Shown: positions 49,195 through 60,013, counted from the first letter of the stretch. The stretch is DNA of 64,000 bases from Candidatus Magasanikiibacteriota bacterium (GCA_003518365.1 DOYU01000019.1:40224-104223); one strand, 5' to 3'. Translations and numbers: made by a program. The notes: generated by a model not told the origin, from the sequence alone.

Positions 49195-51255
49195 TTATGA
49201 TTTCTTTTTTTTCTCACGCTTTCCTTCCACTTTTTTCCGTGCTTCTAGTTCACGTATTTCATCTCTCAAAATAGCCGCCACTTCAAACTCAAGATTCTGC
49301 GCCGCTTCTTTCATGTTCTTTTGTTTATCTTTGATAATTTCTTCAATCGTCCTGCCATCTCCTAGCATATCAAGACGTGCAATTTCTTTTATACGTCGAT
49401 TTCTTGCTTTTTTTGCTGTCTGACTTGTAGAGGCAGAAAGTCCAAATTCTTCCAAAATATTTCGGATACTTTTTTCAATTGTTTTTGGTGTGATGCCATG
49501 TTTCTTATTATACGCAAGTTGTTTTTCTCGACGACGATCGGTCTCTTCTATCGCGCGTTCGATAGAGCCGGTCATGTGATCGGCATAAAGAATGACTTGC
49601 CCATTGACATTGCGAGCCGCACGACCAATGGTCTGAATAAGACTTGTTTCACTGCGAAGAAATCCTTCTTTATCGGCATCAAGAATTGCGACGAGTGAGA
49701 CTTCCGGAATATCCAGCCCTTCTCGAAGCAAGTTCACACCAACAATCACATCGACCTCTCCTTTACGAAGGGCGGTAATAATTTCAATGCGTTCAATAGT
49801 CAAAATATCACTATGCAGATATTTTACTTTTATGCCACGCTCTTGCAGATATTCTGTCAGATCCTCTGCCATGCGTTTTGTAAGCGTCGTCACGAGCGTT
49901 CGTTCTTTTTGCGTTATTCTCTCTTGAATTCGCTCTATGACATCATCTACCTGAGAAGGGTTTTCATCTGTTTCCGTCACAGGACGAATAATCACCTCAG
50001 GGTCAATGAGTCCAGTAGGACGCACAATTTGCTCCGCGATATTTGTACTTATCTCTTTTTCATACTCACTTGGTGTTGCAGATACATACACCACATCTTC
50101 AATACGTGCATCAAATTCTTCAAAACGCAGGGGTCGATTGTCTCGAGCACTCGGCAATCTGAATCCATTGTCTACGAGTGAATCCTTTCGCGCACGATCA
50201 CCATTGTACATCGCACGAATTTGCGGGACGCTCACGTGAGATTCATCGATAATGGTAAGAAATGAACGAGATCCATATTTAAAATAATCAAGCAATGTAA
50301 ATGGTGGTTCACCTTCATCACGTCCTTCAAAATGTCGAGAATAATTTTCAATACCATTGCAATAGCCGACCTGTTTGATGAGTTCAAGATCGTGTGCAAC
50401 ACGACGTTTCAATCGTTCATACTCAAGAACTTTTTCTTGTTTTTTGAACAATCCCAATTGTTCATGTAATTCTGATTCAATACGCCCAATGGCTCGTTCT
50501 CTTGATTCAGTACTCATGACATAGTGCTTTGCAGGAAAGAGCCACAGATCTTCTTGCTCTCGGCGAATTTTTCTCGTAACAGGATCAATCTGTTCAATGC
50601 GCGTAATCTCCTCACCCACCTCAAGTCTATAAATCATTTCTTCATTCACGGGCATCATCTCAAATACTTGTCCACGCATACGAAACGAACCTCGCACAAT
50701 ATCTGCATTTGTTCTTTCAAATTGCATTTCAACAAGTTGTTGCATCACAGCACGTCTATCCAAACGTTGTCCTACTTCGAGATGCAACACAATTTTTTCA
50801 TATTCTGTCGGGGAACCCAAACCATAAATGGCTGATACCGATGCGACGATAATGACATCTTCGCGAGTCAACAGCGCTTGCGTACAGGCATGACGAAGTC
50901 GATCAATTTCTTCGTTGATCTGTGCCTCTTTTTCTATATACGTATCACTTGATGCAATATATGCTTCTGGCTGATAATAATCATAATAACTGACAAAATA
51001 CTCAACGGCATTGTCTGGAAAAAATTCGCGAAATTCATTACACAGCTGAGCGGCAAGTGTTTTATTATGAGCAATAACAAGTGTCGGTTTTTGCACCTCT
51101 TGAATCACGTTTGCAATGGTAAAGGTCTTTCCAGAACCAGTCACACCAAGCAATGTCTGTCGTTTGTCTCCTTTTTTGATACCAGAAACAAGCGACTGTA
51201 TAGCCGTTGGTTGATCGCCTGCGGGTTTATATTGTGAATGTAATTTGAATTTCAT
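49195..51255 (-). CDS. uvrB: excinuclease ABC subunit B
   Basis: [40 protein letters not shown]. Confidence 0.97.
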   Translation of the reverse strand: MKFKLHSQYKPAGDQPTAIQSLVSGIKKGDKRQTLLGVTGSGKTFTIANVIQEVQKPTLVIAHNKTLAAQLCNEFREFFPDNAVEYFVSYYDYYQPEAYIASSDTYIEKEAQINEEIDRLRHACTQALLTREDVIIVASVSAIYGLGSPTEYEKIVLHLEVGQRLDRRAVMQQLVEMQFERTNADIVRGSFRMRGQVFEMMPVNEEMIYRLEVGEEITRIEQIDPVTRKIRREQEDLWLFPAKHYVMSTESRERAIGRIESELHEQLGLFKKQEKVLEYERLKRRVAHDLELIKQVGYCNGIENYSRHFEGRDEGEPPFTLLDYFKYGSRSFLTIIDESHVSVPQIRAMYNGDRARKDSLVDNGFRLPSARDNRPLRFEEFDARIEDVVYVSATPSEYEKEISTNIAEQIVRPTGLIDPEVIIRPVTETDENPSQVDDVIERIQERITQKERTLVTTLTKRMAEDLTEYLQERGIKVKYLHSDILTIERIEIITALRKGEVDVIVGVNLLREGLDIPEVSLVAILDADKEGFLRSETSLIQTIGRAARNVNGQVILYADHMTGSIERAIEETDRRREKQLAYNKKHGITPKTIEKSIRNILEEFGLSASTSQTAKKARNRRIKEIARLDMLGDGRTIEEIIKDKQKNMKEAAQNLEFEVAAILRDEIRELEARKKVEGKREKKKKS

Positions 51256-51277
51256 AAATTAGCCTGCCCGGCGCAGC

Positions 51278-51346
51278 TCAAACAAAGTATTGAGCGGAGA
51301 CGGGATCGCCTGCTGGTTTGTACTCTGAGTGCAATTTGAATTCCAT
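51278..51346 (-). pseudogene. duplicated 5' fragment of uvrB (14 codons) ending in a palindrome
   Basis: MEFKLHSEYKPAGD-PVSAQYFV* versus Uvr[17 protein letters not shown]; 35/42 nt identical. Confidence 0.85.
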
Positions 51347-51422
51347 AGATAATCAACCTAGCACATCACACCTTGTTTTTCAATACAAAACGCTACAAGC
51401 TAGCACCTAAAACCTAATCTTC

Positions 51423-52775
51423 CTACTCCACCTCAACCTTTTCCCCAAACTCAGGGACAATCGTTTTCACACCATAGCGATCACGTGTTTTGTGCGCGAG
51501 TTCTGTAGCAGCATGATCATCACCATGGACAAAACAAACTTTTTGGGGCGCAGTCCCGCTACTGCCAATCCAGTCAAGCATCTTGTCTTGATCTCCATGT
51601 GCAGACAAGGCACCAATGGCTTTGATCGTACAATGCACAGGAATATGTTCATTAAAAATACGCACATTTTCTGCGCCTTCGTACAATCTCCGACCCAGCG
51701 TCCCTTCTGCCTGGTACCCGACAATGATCAGCGTAGATTTTGGATCAGAGAGATACCTCATCGCGTGATGCATGATACGCCCACCATTCATCATCCCCGA
51801 GCCTGCAATAATCATCTTTGGCGATGGGACAGTGTTGATGGCTTTTGATTCTTCGACGGTACGAGTAATCGTGAGTTGTTTAAACTTAAAAAAATCATTG
51901 CCTTGCATGTGTTTTTCTTTTGCATCTTTGTCGTAATAGTCTGTATACGTGGTATACGTTGGCATGGCATCGATAGCAAGTGGACTGTCAAGAAAAATAG
52001 GAAATTGCGGAAGCGTCTTATCTTCTTCTGCCATTTCATCAAGCATATACAAAATTTCTTGCGTTCGTTCGAGCGAAAAGGCAGGCATCATGATCGTACC
52101 GCCTCGGCGCACGCCTTCTTTGACGAGCTCAAGTAAGATGTCTTTCCGCATGCGTTCATCCTCATGGAGTCGATCACCATACGTCGATTCACAGATGAGA
52201 AAATCAACGGGCGACAAGGCTTCTGAATCTTGTAAAATAGGCACGTTTTCATTTCCCATGTCTCCAGAAAACGCAATTGTTTTACCGCCCGAGGTGAGCT
52301 CAATAAATGATGATCCAAAAATATGTCCTGCATCTTTGAGCACGATCGTTGCACTGCCGATGGAAAATGGCGTGCGATATGATTGTGCATGACATTGGGA
52401 CATCGCCCTTGTGACATCTTCTTCTGTATACAAAACAGGATCCCCTGTTTTTTTATTATTATACTTCATGATGTGATACGCATCTTTCCAAATAAGTTCA
52501 GCAAGCTCAAGTGTTCCATGAGTACCATAGATCGGTCCGCGGAATCCATCACGCACCAATTTTGGGATGCGTCCGGTATGATCGAGGTGTGCGTGACTCA
52601 CGACGACAGCATCAAGGCTCGCAGGATCAAATCCAAAATCTTCATGATTTTTTTGCTCATTAAATTGTCCGCCTTGAAACATTCCGCAATCAAAAAGGAT
52701 CTTCTCTGCCCCCGTGTCGACAAGATGACAGGAGCCAGTGACTTCATGTGCCGCTCCAAAAAAGGTAACATTCAT
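51423..52775 (-). CDS. MBL-fold beta-CASP ribonuclease (YSH1/TTHA0252-like)
   Basis: EVTGSCH, SHAHLDHTG, AGHIFGS, ESTYGDR, SAHGDQ, VHGD. Confidence 0.92.
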   Translation of the reverse strand: MNVTFFGAAHEVTGSCHLVDTGAEKILFDCGMFQGGQFNEQKNHEDFGFDPASLDAVVVSHAHLDHTGRIPKLVRDGFRGPIYGTHGTLELAELIWKDAYHIMKYNNKKTGDPVLYTEEDVTRAMSQCHAQSYRTPFSIGSATIVLKDAGHIFGSSFIELTSGGKTIAFSGDMGNENVPILQDSEALSPVDFLICESTYGDRLHEDERMRKDILLELVKEGVRRGGTIMMPAFSLERTQEILYMLDEMAEEDKTLPQFPIFLDSPLAIDAMPTYTTYTDYYDKDAKEKHMQGNDFFKFKQLTITRTVEESKAINTVPSPKMIIAGSGMMNGGRIMHHAMRYLSDPKSTLIIVGYQAEGTLGRRLYEGAENVRIFNEHIPVHCTIKAIGALSAHGDQDKMLDWIGSSGTAPQKVCFVHGDDHAATELAHKTRDRYGVKTIVPEFGEKVEVE

Positions 52776-52857
52776 AAAAAATATATAAAAACAAATGAGA
52801 TATATAGTCTATCATACCTGACCTTCACTCATATGTACAAATAGGTACTTTTCTGCT

Positions 52858-53550
52858 ATGATACGTACATTCCAATACTACGTTATGCATCGAAACACAG
52901 ATGATATCCAAATTCAAGGTCCACCAATAGATGAGATACAAAAACGGTCATCTTGTCTCAAGCGAAGCTGCGGAACGCTTTTAGGTATAATTATTGTATT
53001 GCTCCTTATATTAAGCTTTCTCATCCATACCATTGTCCGCCCTCGCATTAAACATCTTGCTATCCTGCCAACAGATATCCCAAAGGAAATACCTATCTAC
53101 GATGCACAGAATCTTGATGTTATTTCCTATATCGACGGAGGACAACGCGCACAAGCGATTGAACTCCTTGCGTTTGTGCCAAAGGCCATCCTGTCCCCCC
53201 TTATTCTGGCCATAGAAAATGCAGACGAAGCTGCAGGAGCAGAAACAGAATCGCTCTGGGAATCATTCATTCGTATTCTCGGTACGCCAGTAGCAGATCA
53301 CAGAAATATCCTCTCAGTCGAATGGACAGAGCTTCAAGCCGCACCATCGTTTATCCATTCCTATTACCGCACAGCACTCACACAGGCAGGATATACCGAA
53401 ACAGACGAACATACCGCGGACAGCACTCGATTTGAAAATGAGCGCGAAGGAACGACAGTTACCGTAGATATACAGGACAATGGCAATGCTCAGGATGGAA
53501 CAGATTATGCTATACTACGAGTCTATTATACGTTTTCACCAAAAAAATAA
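52858..53550 (+). CDS. hypothetical membrane-anchored protein
   Basis: 230-aa ORF with an N-terminal TM helix. Confidence 0.7.
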   Translation: MIRTFQYYVMHRNTDDIQIQGPPIDEIQKRSSCLKRSCGTLLGIIIVLLLILSFLIHTIVRPRIKHLAILPTDIPKEIPIYDAQNLDVISYIDGGQRAQAIELLAFVPKAILSPLILAIENADEAAGAETESLWESFIRILGTPVADHRNILSVEWTELQAAPSFIHSYYRTALTQAGYTETDEHTADSTRFENEREGTTVTVDIQDNGNAQDGTDYAILRVYYTFSPKK

Positions 53551-53562
53551 TCGTTTTGTGCT

Positions 53563-54483
53563 ATGGCAATAAAAGTCATCACACAGCAGAATCTCACATG
53601 GATAAACATCGATCGCATTGATGAAGAAGCATTGACGTATTTGAAAAAAAATCACAACTTCCATCATCTCGATATTGAAGACATCCAAAGTGAAAGTCAG
53701 ACACCAAAGGTAGATGCGTATAAAAACTACTTGTTTGTTGTCCTTCAAGTTCCACATTGGCAAGGAAATACAAAAACAATTGTCCCGCTGGAGGTTGACT
53801 GTTTTATCGGAGAAAACTACTTGATTACGGTTCAGAATACAAAAGTAAAAGAAATGAAAAATTTCTTTTATAAATGTATGAAAAACAGACAAACAAAACG
53901 AGAATGGATGAGTGGGACGTCTGGATTTTTGTTTTATCATGTGCTGGAAGCACTGTTTCACAATTCCAGAAGCACACTGAATAATATTGGTAAACAAATT
54001 TCAAAAATGGAAACCAATGTATTTTCTGGAGAGAGAAATCCACATATCGTTCAAGAACTCGCCGTCCACAGACGAAACGTTCTGAGCTTTCGACGCATTA
54101 TCGACCCACAACGCTATGTCATCGCCAACTTGTCGCACACGAGAAAACCATTCTTGAACGATGATTTAAATGTATATTTTGATAACGTTGTCGACTACCT
54201 CAACAAAATTTGGGTGATCCTCGATACGTATCGTGACACCGTTGACGGGCTGCACGTGACCGTGGAGTCGTTGATTACGCAGCGGACGAATAAAGTAGTA
54301 GGCACACTCACGGCTATTTCCGTAGGCTTGTTGCCACTGACACTGCTCTCAGGTATTTATGGCATGAATATCGACAATCTCCCATTTGCACACAATCCAC
54401 TCCTTGTGTGGGGCATGTTTGCCATATTGGCAATCGTGATATTGTTGGCACTCTTCACTATGAGAAGAAATAAATGGCTATGA
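53563..54483 (+). CDS. corA: CorA family magnesium transporter
   Basis: GIYGMN motif and two C-terminal TMs. Confidence 0.92.
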   Translation: MAIKVITQQNLTWINIDRIDEEALTYLKKNHNFHHLDIEDIQSESQTPKVDAYKNYLFVVLQVPHWQGNTKTIVPLEVDCFIGENYLITVQNTKVKEMKNFFYKCMKNRQTKREWMSGTSGFLFYHVLEALFHNSRSTLNNIGKQISKMETNVFSGERNPHIVQELAVHRRNVLSFRRIIDPQRYVIANLSHTRKPFLNDDLNVYFDNVVDYLNKIWVILDTYRDTVDGLHVTVESLITQRTNKVVGTLTAISVGLLPLTLLSGIYGMNIDNLPFAHNPLLVWGMFAILAIVILLALFTMRRNKWL

Positions 54484-54484
54484 G

Positions 54485-54588
54485 TGCGAACTAACGAAAT
54501 GATACGAACATACAAAATCCATGCCCTATGCAAAATGAATATTAAAAAGTGTCGTTCGTAATTTCGTATCATTTCGTCAGTTCGTACT
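54485..54588. repeat. mirror array of ACGAA/TTCGT short repeats
   Basis: gcgaactaacgaaatgatacgaa ... ttcgtaatttcgtatcatttcgtcagttcgt. Confidence 0.75.
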
Positions 54589-54594
54589 CAATGT

Positions 54595-56208
54595 ATGATG
54601 AAACGTCTCTTCACCAACACCCAATCCTCCATCACCGGCGCTGCCATCATCCTCGGGGCTGCGTCTTTTTTGAGTCGTATCATGGGTATTATTCGTGATC
54701 GTATTTTTGCGCATCAATTTGGGGCGGGTGATGTGCTGGATGCGTACTATGCAGCATTCCGTGTTCCTGATCTTGTCTACAATCTTCTGGTTGTAGGAGC
54801 ACTGTCCGCGGGATTTATCCCCATCTTTCTTGAACTCAAACAAAAAAATAAGGCCGAAGCCTGGCATGTCACAAATAGCGTGCTCCATATTATTGCCATT
54901 GGATCGATGTTCGTATGCGCGGTTCTTTTTCTCTTCGCGCCAAGTATCATTCACGCCATTGTGCCAGGATTTGATGCAGAAAAACAAGCATTGACCGTCA
55001 TGCTCTCACGCATCATGTTTATCAGTCCGATCATCCTCGGGATCAGTAGTCTGGTGAGTGGTGTGTTGCAATCATACAAATCATTCCTCATCTATAGCAT
55101 CACCCCTATCATGTACAATCTTGGTATTATTATCGGTGCCGTCCTTTTTGTACCGATCTATGGGGTAGAAGGACTTGCCTATGGCGTCTTGCTTGGGGCC
55201 ATATTGCATTTGTGTATACAGTTGCCTACCTTGTTCCGCCTTGGTTTTCGCTATCGCCCTGTGATGGATGTAACCAATATCTCTGTGAGACGGATTGGAA
55301 AAATGATGATTCCACGAACCATGAGTCTCGCCACAGCGCAAATAAATTTGATTGTTATGACCGTTCTTGCCTCAACGCTTGGCGTGGGAAGTATTGCGAT
55401 TTTTAATTTTGCAAACAATTTGCAATATTTCGCTGTGGGCATTATTGGTATTTCCTTTGCTGTTGCCGCGTTTCCTGCGTTGTCAGAATTGATTGCAAAA
55501 GGAAAACAATCAGACATGATAGAACAACTCATCAGGACGACCAGACAAATTTTATTCTTCATTCTTCCGATGAGTATTCTTTTCCTTGTACTTCGCGCGC
55601 AGATTGTGAGAACCGTGTTGGGCAGTGGAGCATTTGATTGGGATGATACCATTGCAACAGCCGATACACTTGCCTTTTTTTCTTTTTCTCTCTTTGCACA
55701 AGCGCTCATTCCCCTCTTGGCACGAGGCTTTTATGCACTCAAAGACACCTGGACGCCGTTTCTCATTGGACTTTCAAGTGCGCTTGTCAACATTCTCGCA
55801 GCACTCTATTTGAAAGATATCTATGGCATTCAAGGATTGGCATTTGCGTTTAGTATCGCTGCAATCTTTCAAATAGTACTTATGTGGTTTTCTCTCAGGC
55901 ATAAAGTTGGTCCTATGGGTGAAAAGTCCTTGTTACGTTTTCTTGGCAAAATTTCGTTTGCAACACTCTGTATGGCGATCATTGCGCAGTATTTGAAAGA
56001 ACCACTTTCGTATCTCGTAGATATGACACGTCTCTGGGGAATTTTTCTTCAAGGGCTGGGTGCTGGGACGGTTGGCATCTTCATGTATATCCTACTTTGT
56101 TGGCTGCTCGGGGTAGAAGAAGTGGACATCATAAAAAAGAGTTTCAAAAAACGCTCACTCAAACTTGCCACAGTGGAAGCGTCTATCAATGAACCGGATG
56201 AGGTGTAA
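54595..56208 (+). CDS. murJ: lipid II flippase
   Basis: SRIMGIIRD, DAYYAAFRVPD, GALSAGFIP, RGFYALKDTWTP. Confidence 0.95.
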   Translation: MMKRLFTNTQSSITGAAIILGAASFLSRIMGIIRDRIFAHQFGAGDVLDAYYAAFRVPDLVYNLLVVGALSAGFIPIFLELKQKNKAEAWHVTNSVLHIIAIGSMFVCAVLFLFAPSIIHAIVPGFDAEKQALTVMLSRIMFISPIILGISSLVSGVLQSYKSFLIYSITPIMYNLGIIIGAVLFVPIYGVEGLAYGVLLGAILHLCIQLPTLFRLGFRYRPVMDVTNISVRRIGKMMIPRTMSLATAQINLIVMTVLASTLGVGSIAIFNFANNLQYFAVGIIGISFAVAAFPALSELIAKGKQSDMIEQLIRTTRQILFFILPMSILFLVLRAQIVRTVLGSGAFDWDDTIATADTLAFFSFSLFAQALIPLLARGFYALKDTWTPFLIGLSSALVNILAALYLKDIYGIQGLAFAFSIAAIFQIVLMWFSLRHKVGPMGEKSLLRFLGKISFATLCMAIIAQYLKEPLSYLVDMTRLWGIFLQGLGAGTVGIFMYILLCWLLGVEEVDIIKKSFKKRSLKLATVEASINEPDEV

Positions 56209-56235
56209 TTTCATGTATCACAAATCATATAACAT

Positions 56236-56303
56236 AAAACAAAAAGCCACGAACAATCGTTCGTGGCTTTTTGAATCTGGCCGACGTACGTGGTACGTCG
56301 GCC
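56236..56303 (-). repeat. cassette 3' module, copy I
   Basis: aaaacaaaaagccacgaac..gttcgtggctttttgaatctggccgacgtac..gtacgtcggcc. Confidence 0.7.
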
Positions 56304-56341
56304 TTCATGTCCTTCTCGCCGCACGGCGTGCGCTGCGAGCC

Positions 56342-57022
56342 CTAATGTTCCTTGATACATTTCTCGCGGTAATGCTCGGCCGCGAGATAGATCGCCGGGT
56401 TGAGCCCGGTCACGTCAGCGAGTCCCTTCACCGTGGCCCACATGGAGATAGGCTGAGTGAACTTCGCACCAGTGCAGTCTGAACCAGTGAAGTTTGCTCC
56501 GGTAAAATCCGCACCGCTAAAGTCCGCCTCGATGAAGATTGCACCAGTAAAGTCCGTATTAATCAGGCGTGTCTGGGTGAGCTTCGCCTCAGTAAAGTCC
56601 GCCTCGGTAAACTTTGCCTTTGTGAGCTCTGCCCTGGTAAGAATAGCTCTGGTAAGATCGGAACCTCTGAATTCAGCTGCACTCAGATTCGCCCAAGAGA
56701 GATCTGCACTCTCAAAACACCCCCCAGTGATCTTCACTCTGGTAAAGTCTGATTGACTGAGATTTGCTTCAAAAAACCACACTCCAGAAAGCTTCGCTCC
56801 AGTGAAATATGCACCACAGAAATTCGCTCCTTTGAAGTTTGCCCTTCGAAGGTCAGCACCCAGGAGTTTCGCCCTGCTCAGGTTCGCCCCACAAAGATAC
56901 TTATTATTGAAGTCCGCCCCACGGAGGTCTATCCAATAAGCATCAGCCCCCTGACGTAACGTGTTACTCTCACTTACCTTCTCTGCCTCGAGGAGAGTAC
57001 GATAACTACGCTTCTTTGACAC
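56342..57022 (-). CDS. pentapeptide repeat protein (cassette I)
   Basis: Continuous A(D/N/K)(L/F)xx repeats; GGAGG SD before GTG. Confidence 0.9.
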   Translation of the reverse strand: MSKKRSYRTLLEAEKVSESNTLRQGADAYWIDLRGADFNNKYLCGANLSRAKLLGADLRRANFKGANFCGAYFTGAKLSGVWFFEANLSQSDFTRVKITGGCFESADLSWANLSAAEFRGSDLTRAILTRAELTKAKFTEADFTEAKLTQTRLINTDFTGAIFIEADFSGADFTGANFTGSDCTGAKFTQPISMWATVKGLADVTGLNPAIYLAAEHYREKCIKEH

Positions 57023-57199
57023 GGTTTTTCCCTCCCGTATTATTTTTTCTTCTCTCTAGCACGACGCACTGGAGAGCTAAAAACCATAACACATTTTCCT
57101 CCTTTTATCAATAGCAACCTGACAAGAAACATTTTTATCAAAAAAAAACTGTTTTCAACCCTTGCAAAAAGACAAAAAATAGCCTAATATAAGCACATT

Positions 57200-58993
57200 A
57201 TGGAAACCAAAAACATCCGCAATTTCTGCATTATCGCCCACATCGACCATGGTAAATCTACCCTTGCGGATCGATTTCTTGAAGTTACCGGCACGATCGA
57301 TAAACGCAACATGAAAAACCAGCTGCTTGATACCATGGATATCGAACAAGAACGTGGTATTACTATCAAACTCCAGCCAGTCCGCATGCTATATCAGGAC
57401 CATATTCTGAATCTCATTGATACACCAGGCCATGTTGATTTCTCATACGAAGTCTCCCGTTCTCTTGCTGCAGTCGAGGGAGCCATTCTCCTCGTCGATG
57501 CCAGTCAAGGTGTGCAAGCTCAGACGATTGCAAACCTGTATCTTGCGATTGAACAAAACCTCACGATTATCCCTGTCATGAATAAGATTGATTTGCCAAA
57601 TGCAAATCCAGAAAAAGTCGCAGAAGAAATTATTCATCTCATCGGCTGCAAGCGCGAAGATATCTTAAGCTGTTCAGGAAAAACTGGAGAAGGCGTGCCA
57701 GAAGTCCTCGCAGCAGTCATTGCCCAAATCCCAGCACCAGTCGATACAAAGGCAGCTCCGGCACGGGCTCTTATTTTTGATTCTTTTTTTGATGATTATC
57801 GCGGCGTGATTGCATCAGTGAGAATGCAAGATGGTGAACTGAAAAAAGGTGACAAGATCGTATTCATGGGAAGCGGCATCCATGGCGAGGTGCTCGACAC
57901 CGGCCACTATGCCCCACAGATGGTCTCTGACAAGATGCTTGAAAACGGGCATACAGGATACGTTGTGAGTGGACTCAAAGAAATCGGGAATGTCCGAGTC
58001 GGTGATACGATTACACTCGAAAAAACACCAGCAACATCACAACTGCCTGGATATAAAGAAGTCAAACCCATGGTTTTTGCAGGCGTCTTTCCAAACGAAG
58101 GAGACGCATATAGTGAAATGCGAGATGCCATGGACAAATTAAAATTAAACGACTCTGCCCTTTTCTTTGAACCAGAACATTCCCAAGCACTTGGCTTTGG
58201 TTTTCGCTGCGGTTTCCTCGGCATGTTGCATCTTGAAATTTTTCAAGAACGACTTCGCCGTGAATTTGATATTGATATTATTGCGACCGTACCAAGTGTT
58301 GCCTACCATATTTTTAAAACCAATGGAGAAGAAATCACGATAAAAAGTCCACAAGATCTCCCAGACGTCCAACAAATAGAGCATATCGAAGAGCCCTGGA
58401 TGGATGTGGATATTATTGTGCCAGAAAATTTTATTGGCAACATCATGAGTCTTGTTGCTGAACGCAAAGGTATCTATGCAAACACAGAATATCTCAGCGC
58501 CGGTTCATCACAGCGAGCCATGCTGCACTATCAGATGCCACTGGCGTCGCTTATCACAGATTTTTATGATAAGCTAAAAAGTGTCTCAAGTGGATACGCG
58601 TCTATGAATTATGAGTTCAAAGATTATCGAAAATCTGATGTTGTCAAAATGGATATTTTAATTGCAGAAGAAGCTGTAGAAGCACTCTCTCTCCTCGTTT
58701 GGAGAGACGAAGCACACAATATCGGGAAAAAAATCGTAAACTCACTCAAAGACACACTCCCGCGACAGCAATTTGTCATCAAAATTCAAGCAACGATTGG
58801 AGGAAAAGTCATTGCAGGAGAAAAAATTTCAGCTCTCAGAAAAGATGTGACCGCAAAGTTGTACGGTGGAGATGTCACACGAAAACGAAAACTGCTTGAA
58901 AAACAAAAGAAAGGAAAAAAGAAAATGATGGCTATGGGAAAAGGAAAAGTGGACATTCCAACAGAAGCATATCTCGCCGTATTAAAACGGTAA
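57200..58993 (+). CDS. lepA: elongation factor 4
   Basis: IRNFCIIAHIDHGKSTLADR, GFLGMLHLEI, YGGDVTRKRKLL. Confidence 0.97.
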   Translation: METKNIRNFCIIAHIDHGKSTLADRFLEVTGTIDKRNMKNQLLDTMDIEQERGITIKLQPVRMLYQDHILNLIDTPGHVDFSYEVSRSLAAVEGAILLVDASQGVQAQTIANLYLAIEQNLTIIPVMNKIDLPNANPEKVAEEIIHLIGCKREDILSCSGKTGEGVPEVLAAVIAQIPAPVDTKAAPARALIFDSFFDDYRGVIASVRMQDGELKKGDKIVFMGSGIHGEVLDTGHYAPQMVSDKMLENGHTGYVVSGLKEIGNVRVGDTITLEKTPATSQLPGYKEVKPMVFAGVFPNEGDAYSEMRDAMDKLKLNDSALFFEPEHSQALGFGFRCGFLGMLHLEIFQERLRREFDIDIIATVPSVAYHIFKTNGEEITIKSPQDLPDVQQIEHIEEPWMDVDIIVPENFIGNIMSLVAERKGIYANTEYLSAGSSQRAMLHYQMPLASLITDFYDKLKSVSSGYASMNYEFKDYRKSDVVKMDILIAEEAVEALSLLVWRDEAHNIGKKIVNSLKDTLPRQQFVIKIQATIGGKVIAGEKISALRKDVTAKLYGGDVTRKRKLLEKQKKGKKKMMAMGKGKVDIPTEAYLAVLKR

Positions 58994-59014
58994 CGTTCAT
59001 CTAACCCCACATCT

Positions 59015-59506
59015 ATGTATATAAAACTGTTTGTTACAGGAGGCACCTTTGATAAAGAATACAATGAACTCACAGGAGAACTTGTCTTCCACGACACACA
59101 CATTCAAGAAATGCTCCTCAGAGGTCGTGCCAAACTTGACGTGAATGTGCGCACGCTCATGATGATTGACAGTCTGTTTATGACACGAGAAGACAGACAT
59201 ATTATTCTCGATCATTGTCAAAAAACAGAAGCAGAGAAAATCGTTATCACGCATGGTACTGACACCATGGTAGAGACAGCAAAACTCCTTGCCTCCGAAA
59301 TTCATGACAAAACAATCGTCCTCACCGGCGCGATGATCCCTTACACATTTGGCAGCTCAGATGGACAGTTTAATCTTGGCAGTGCACTCGCCTTTGCACA
59401 AACCCTCGAACCAGGCGTGTATATCGCTATGAACGGGCGCTACTTCCAATGGTCAAATGTACAAAAAAATAAACAAACCGGCATATTTGAAGAGCTCACT
59501 TCGTAA
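59015..59506 (+). CDS. asparaginase N-terminal domain protein
   Basis: TGGTFDK, THGTDTM, LTGAMIP. Confidence 0.9.
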   Translation: MYIKLFVTGGTFDKEYNELTGELVFHDTHIQEMLLRGRAKLDVNVRTLMMIDSLFMTREDRHIILDHCQKTEAEKIVITHGTDTMVETAKLLASEIHDKTIVLTGAMIPYTFGSSDGQFNLGSALAFAQTLEPGVYIAMNGRYFQWSNVQKNKQTGIFEELTS

Positions 59507-59531
59507 CATCCCCTCTATGCAACACAAACAC

Positions 59532-59615
59532 ATGAAAATTTCATGGCTCATCATCTCTGCAATCGCGATCTTGAGTATGATCTTCTTTAGCATCCTCCCT
59601 GCATTCTATAGCTAA
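59532..59615 (+). CDS. possible 27-aa single-TM peptide
   Basis: MKISWLIISAIAILSMIFFSILPAFYS*; fills the gap between two co-oriented genes. Confidence 0.4.
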   Translation: MKISWLIISAIAILSMIFFSILPAFYS

Positions 59616-59620
59616 CACGC

Positions 59621-60013
59621 ATGCCAACATTTCGAAAGTCACATAGTGAATTTCACCCTCATCACATCTACCAGCTCGAAGTGATCTTTCTTTTTTTCAT
59701 TGGATTTTGTTTGTTCTTTGCGTACTTTTTGATCATGGAGTACTACCAATTGGATATGGCTACTGCCCAATGGTATTTTGTGGCACCATGGACAGCGATC
59801 TATACACTCTGGTGCCTCACACTCAGAACAAATATACCAAAGGATGAACAAATTACTGCTCTCAAACGGCCAATCATTCACTGGATGCTTTTGGGTATCA
59901 TGCTTCTTGCCTACCAACTAGAACCCATTAACCTGGAACGATTGTATAGCTTTGACATCACTTTTTTTGTCTTTACCATATTTCTGGCAGATTCATATTG
60001 GGACTTCATATAA
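59621..60013 (+). CDS. hypothetical 4-TM membrane protein
   Basis: Hydrophobic 130-aa ORF. Confidence 0.7.
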   Translation: MPTFRKSHSEFHPHHIYQLEVIFLFFIGFCLFFAYFLIMEYYQLDMATAQWYFVAPWTAIYTLWCLTLRTNIPKDEQITALKRPIIHWMLLGIMLLAYQLEPINLERLYSFDITFFVFTIFLADSYWDFI

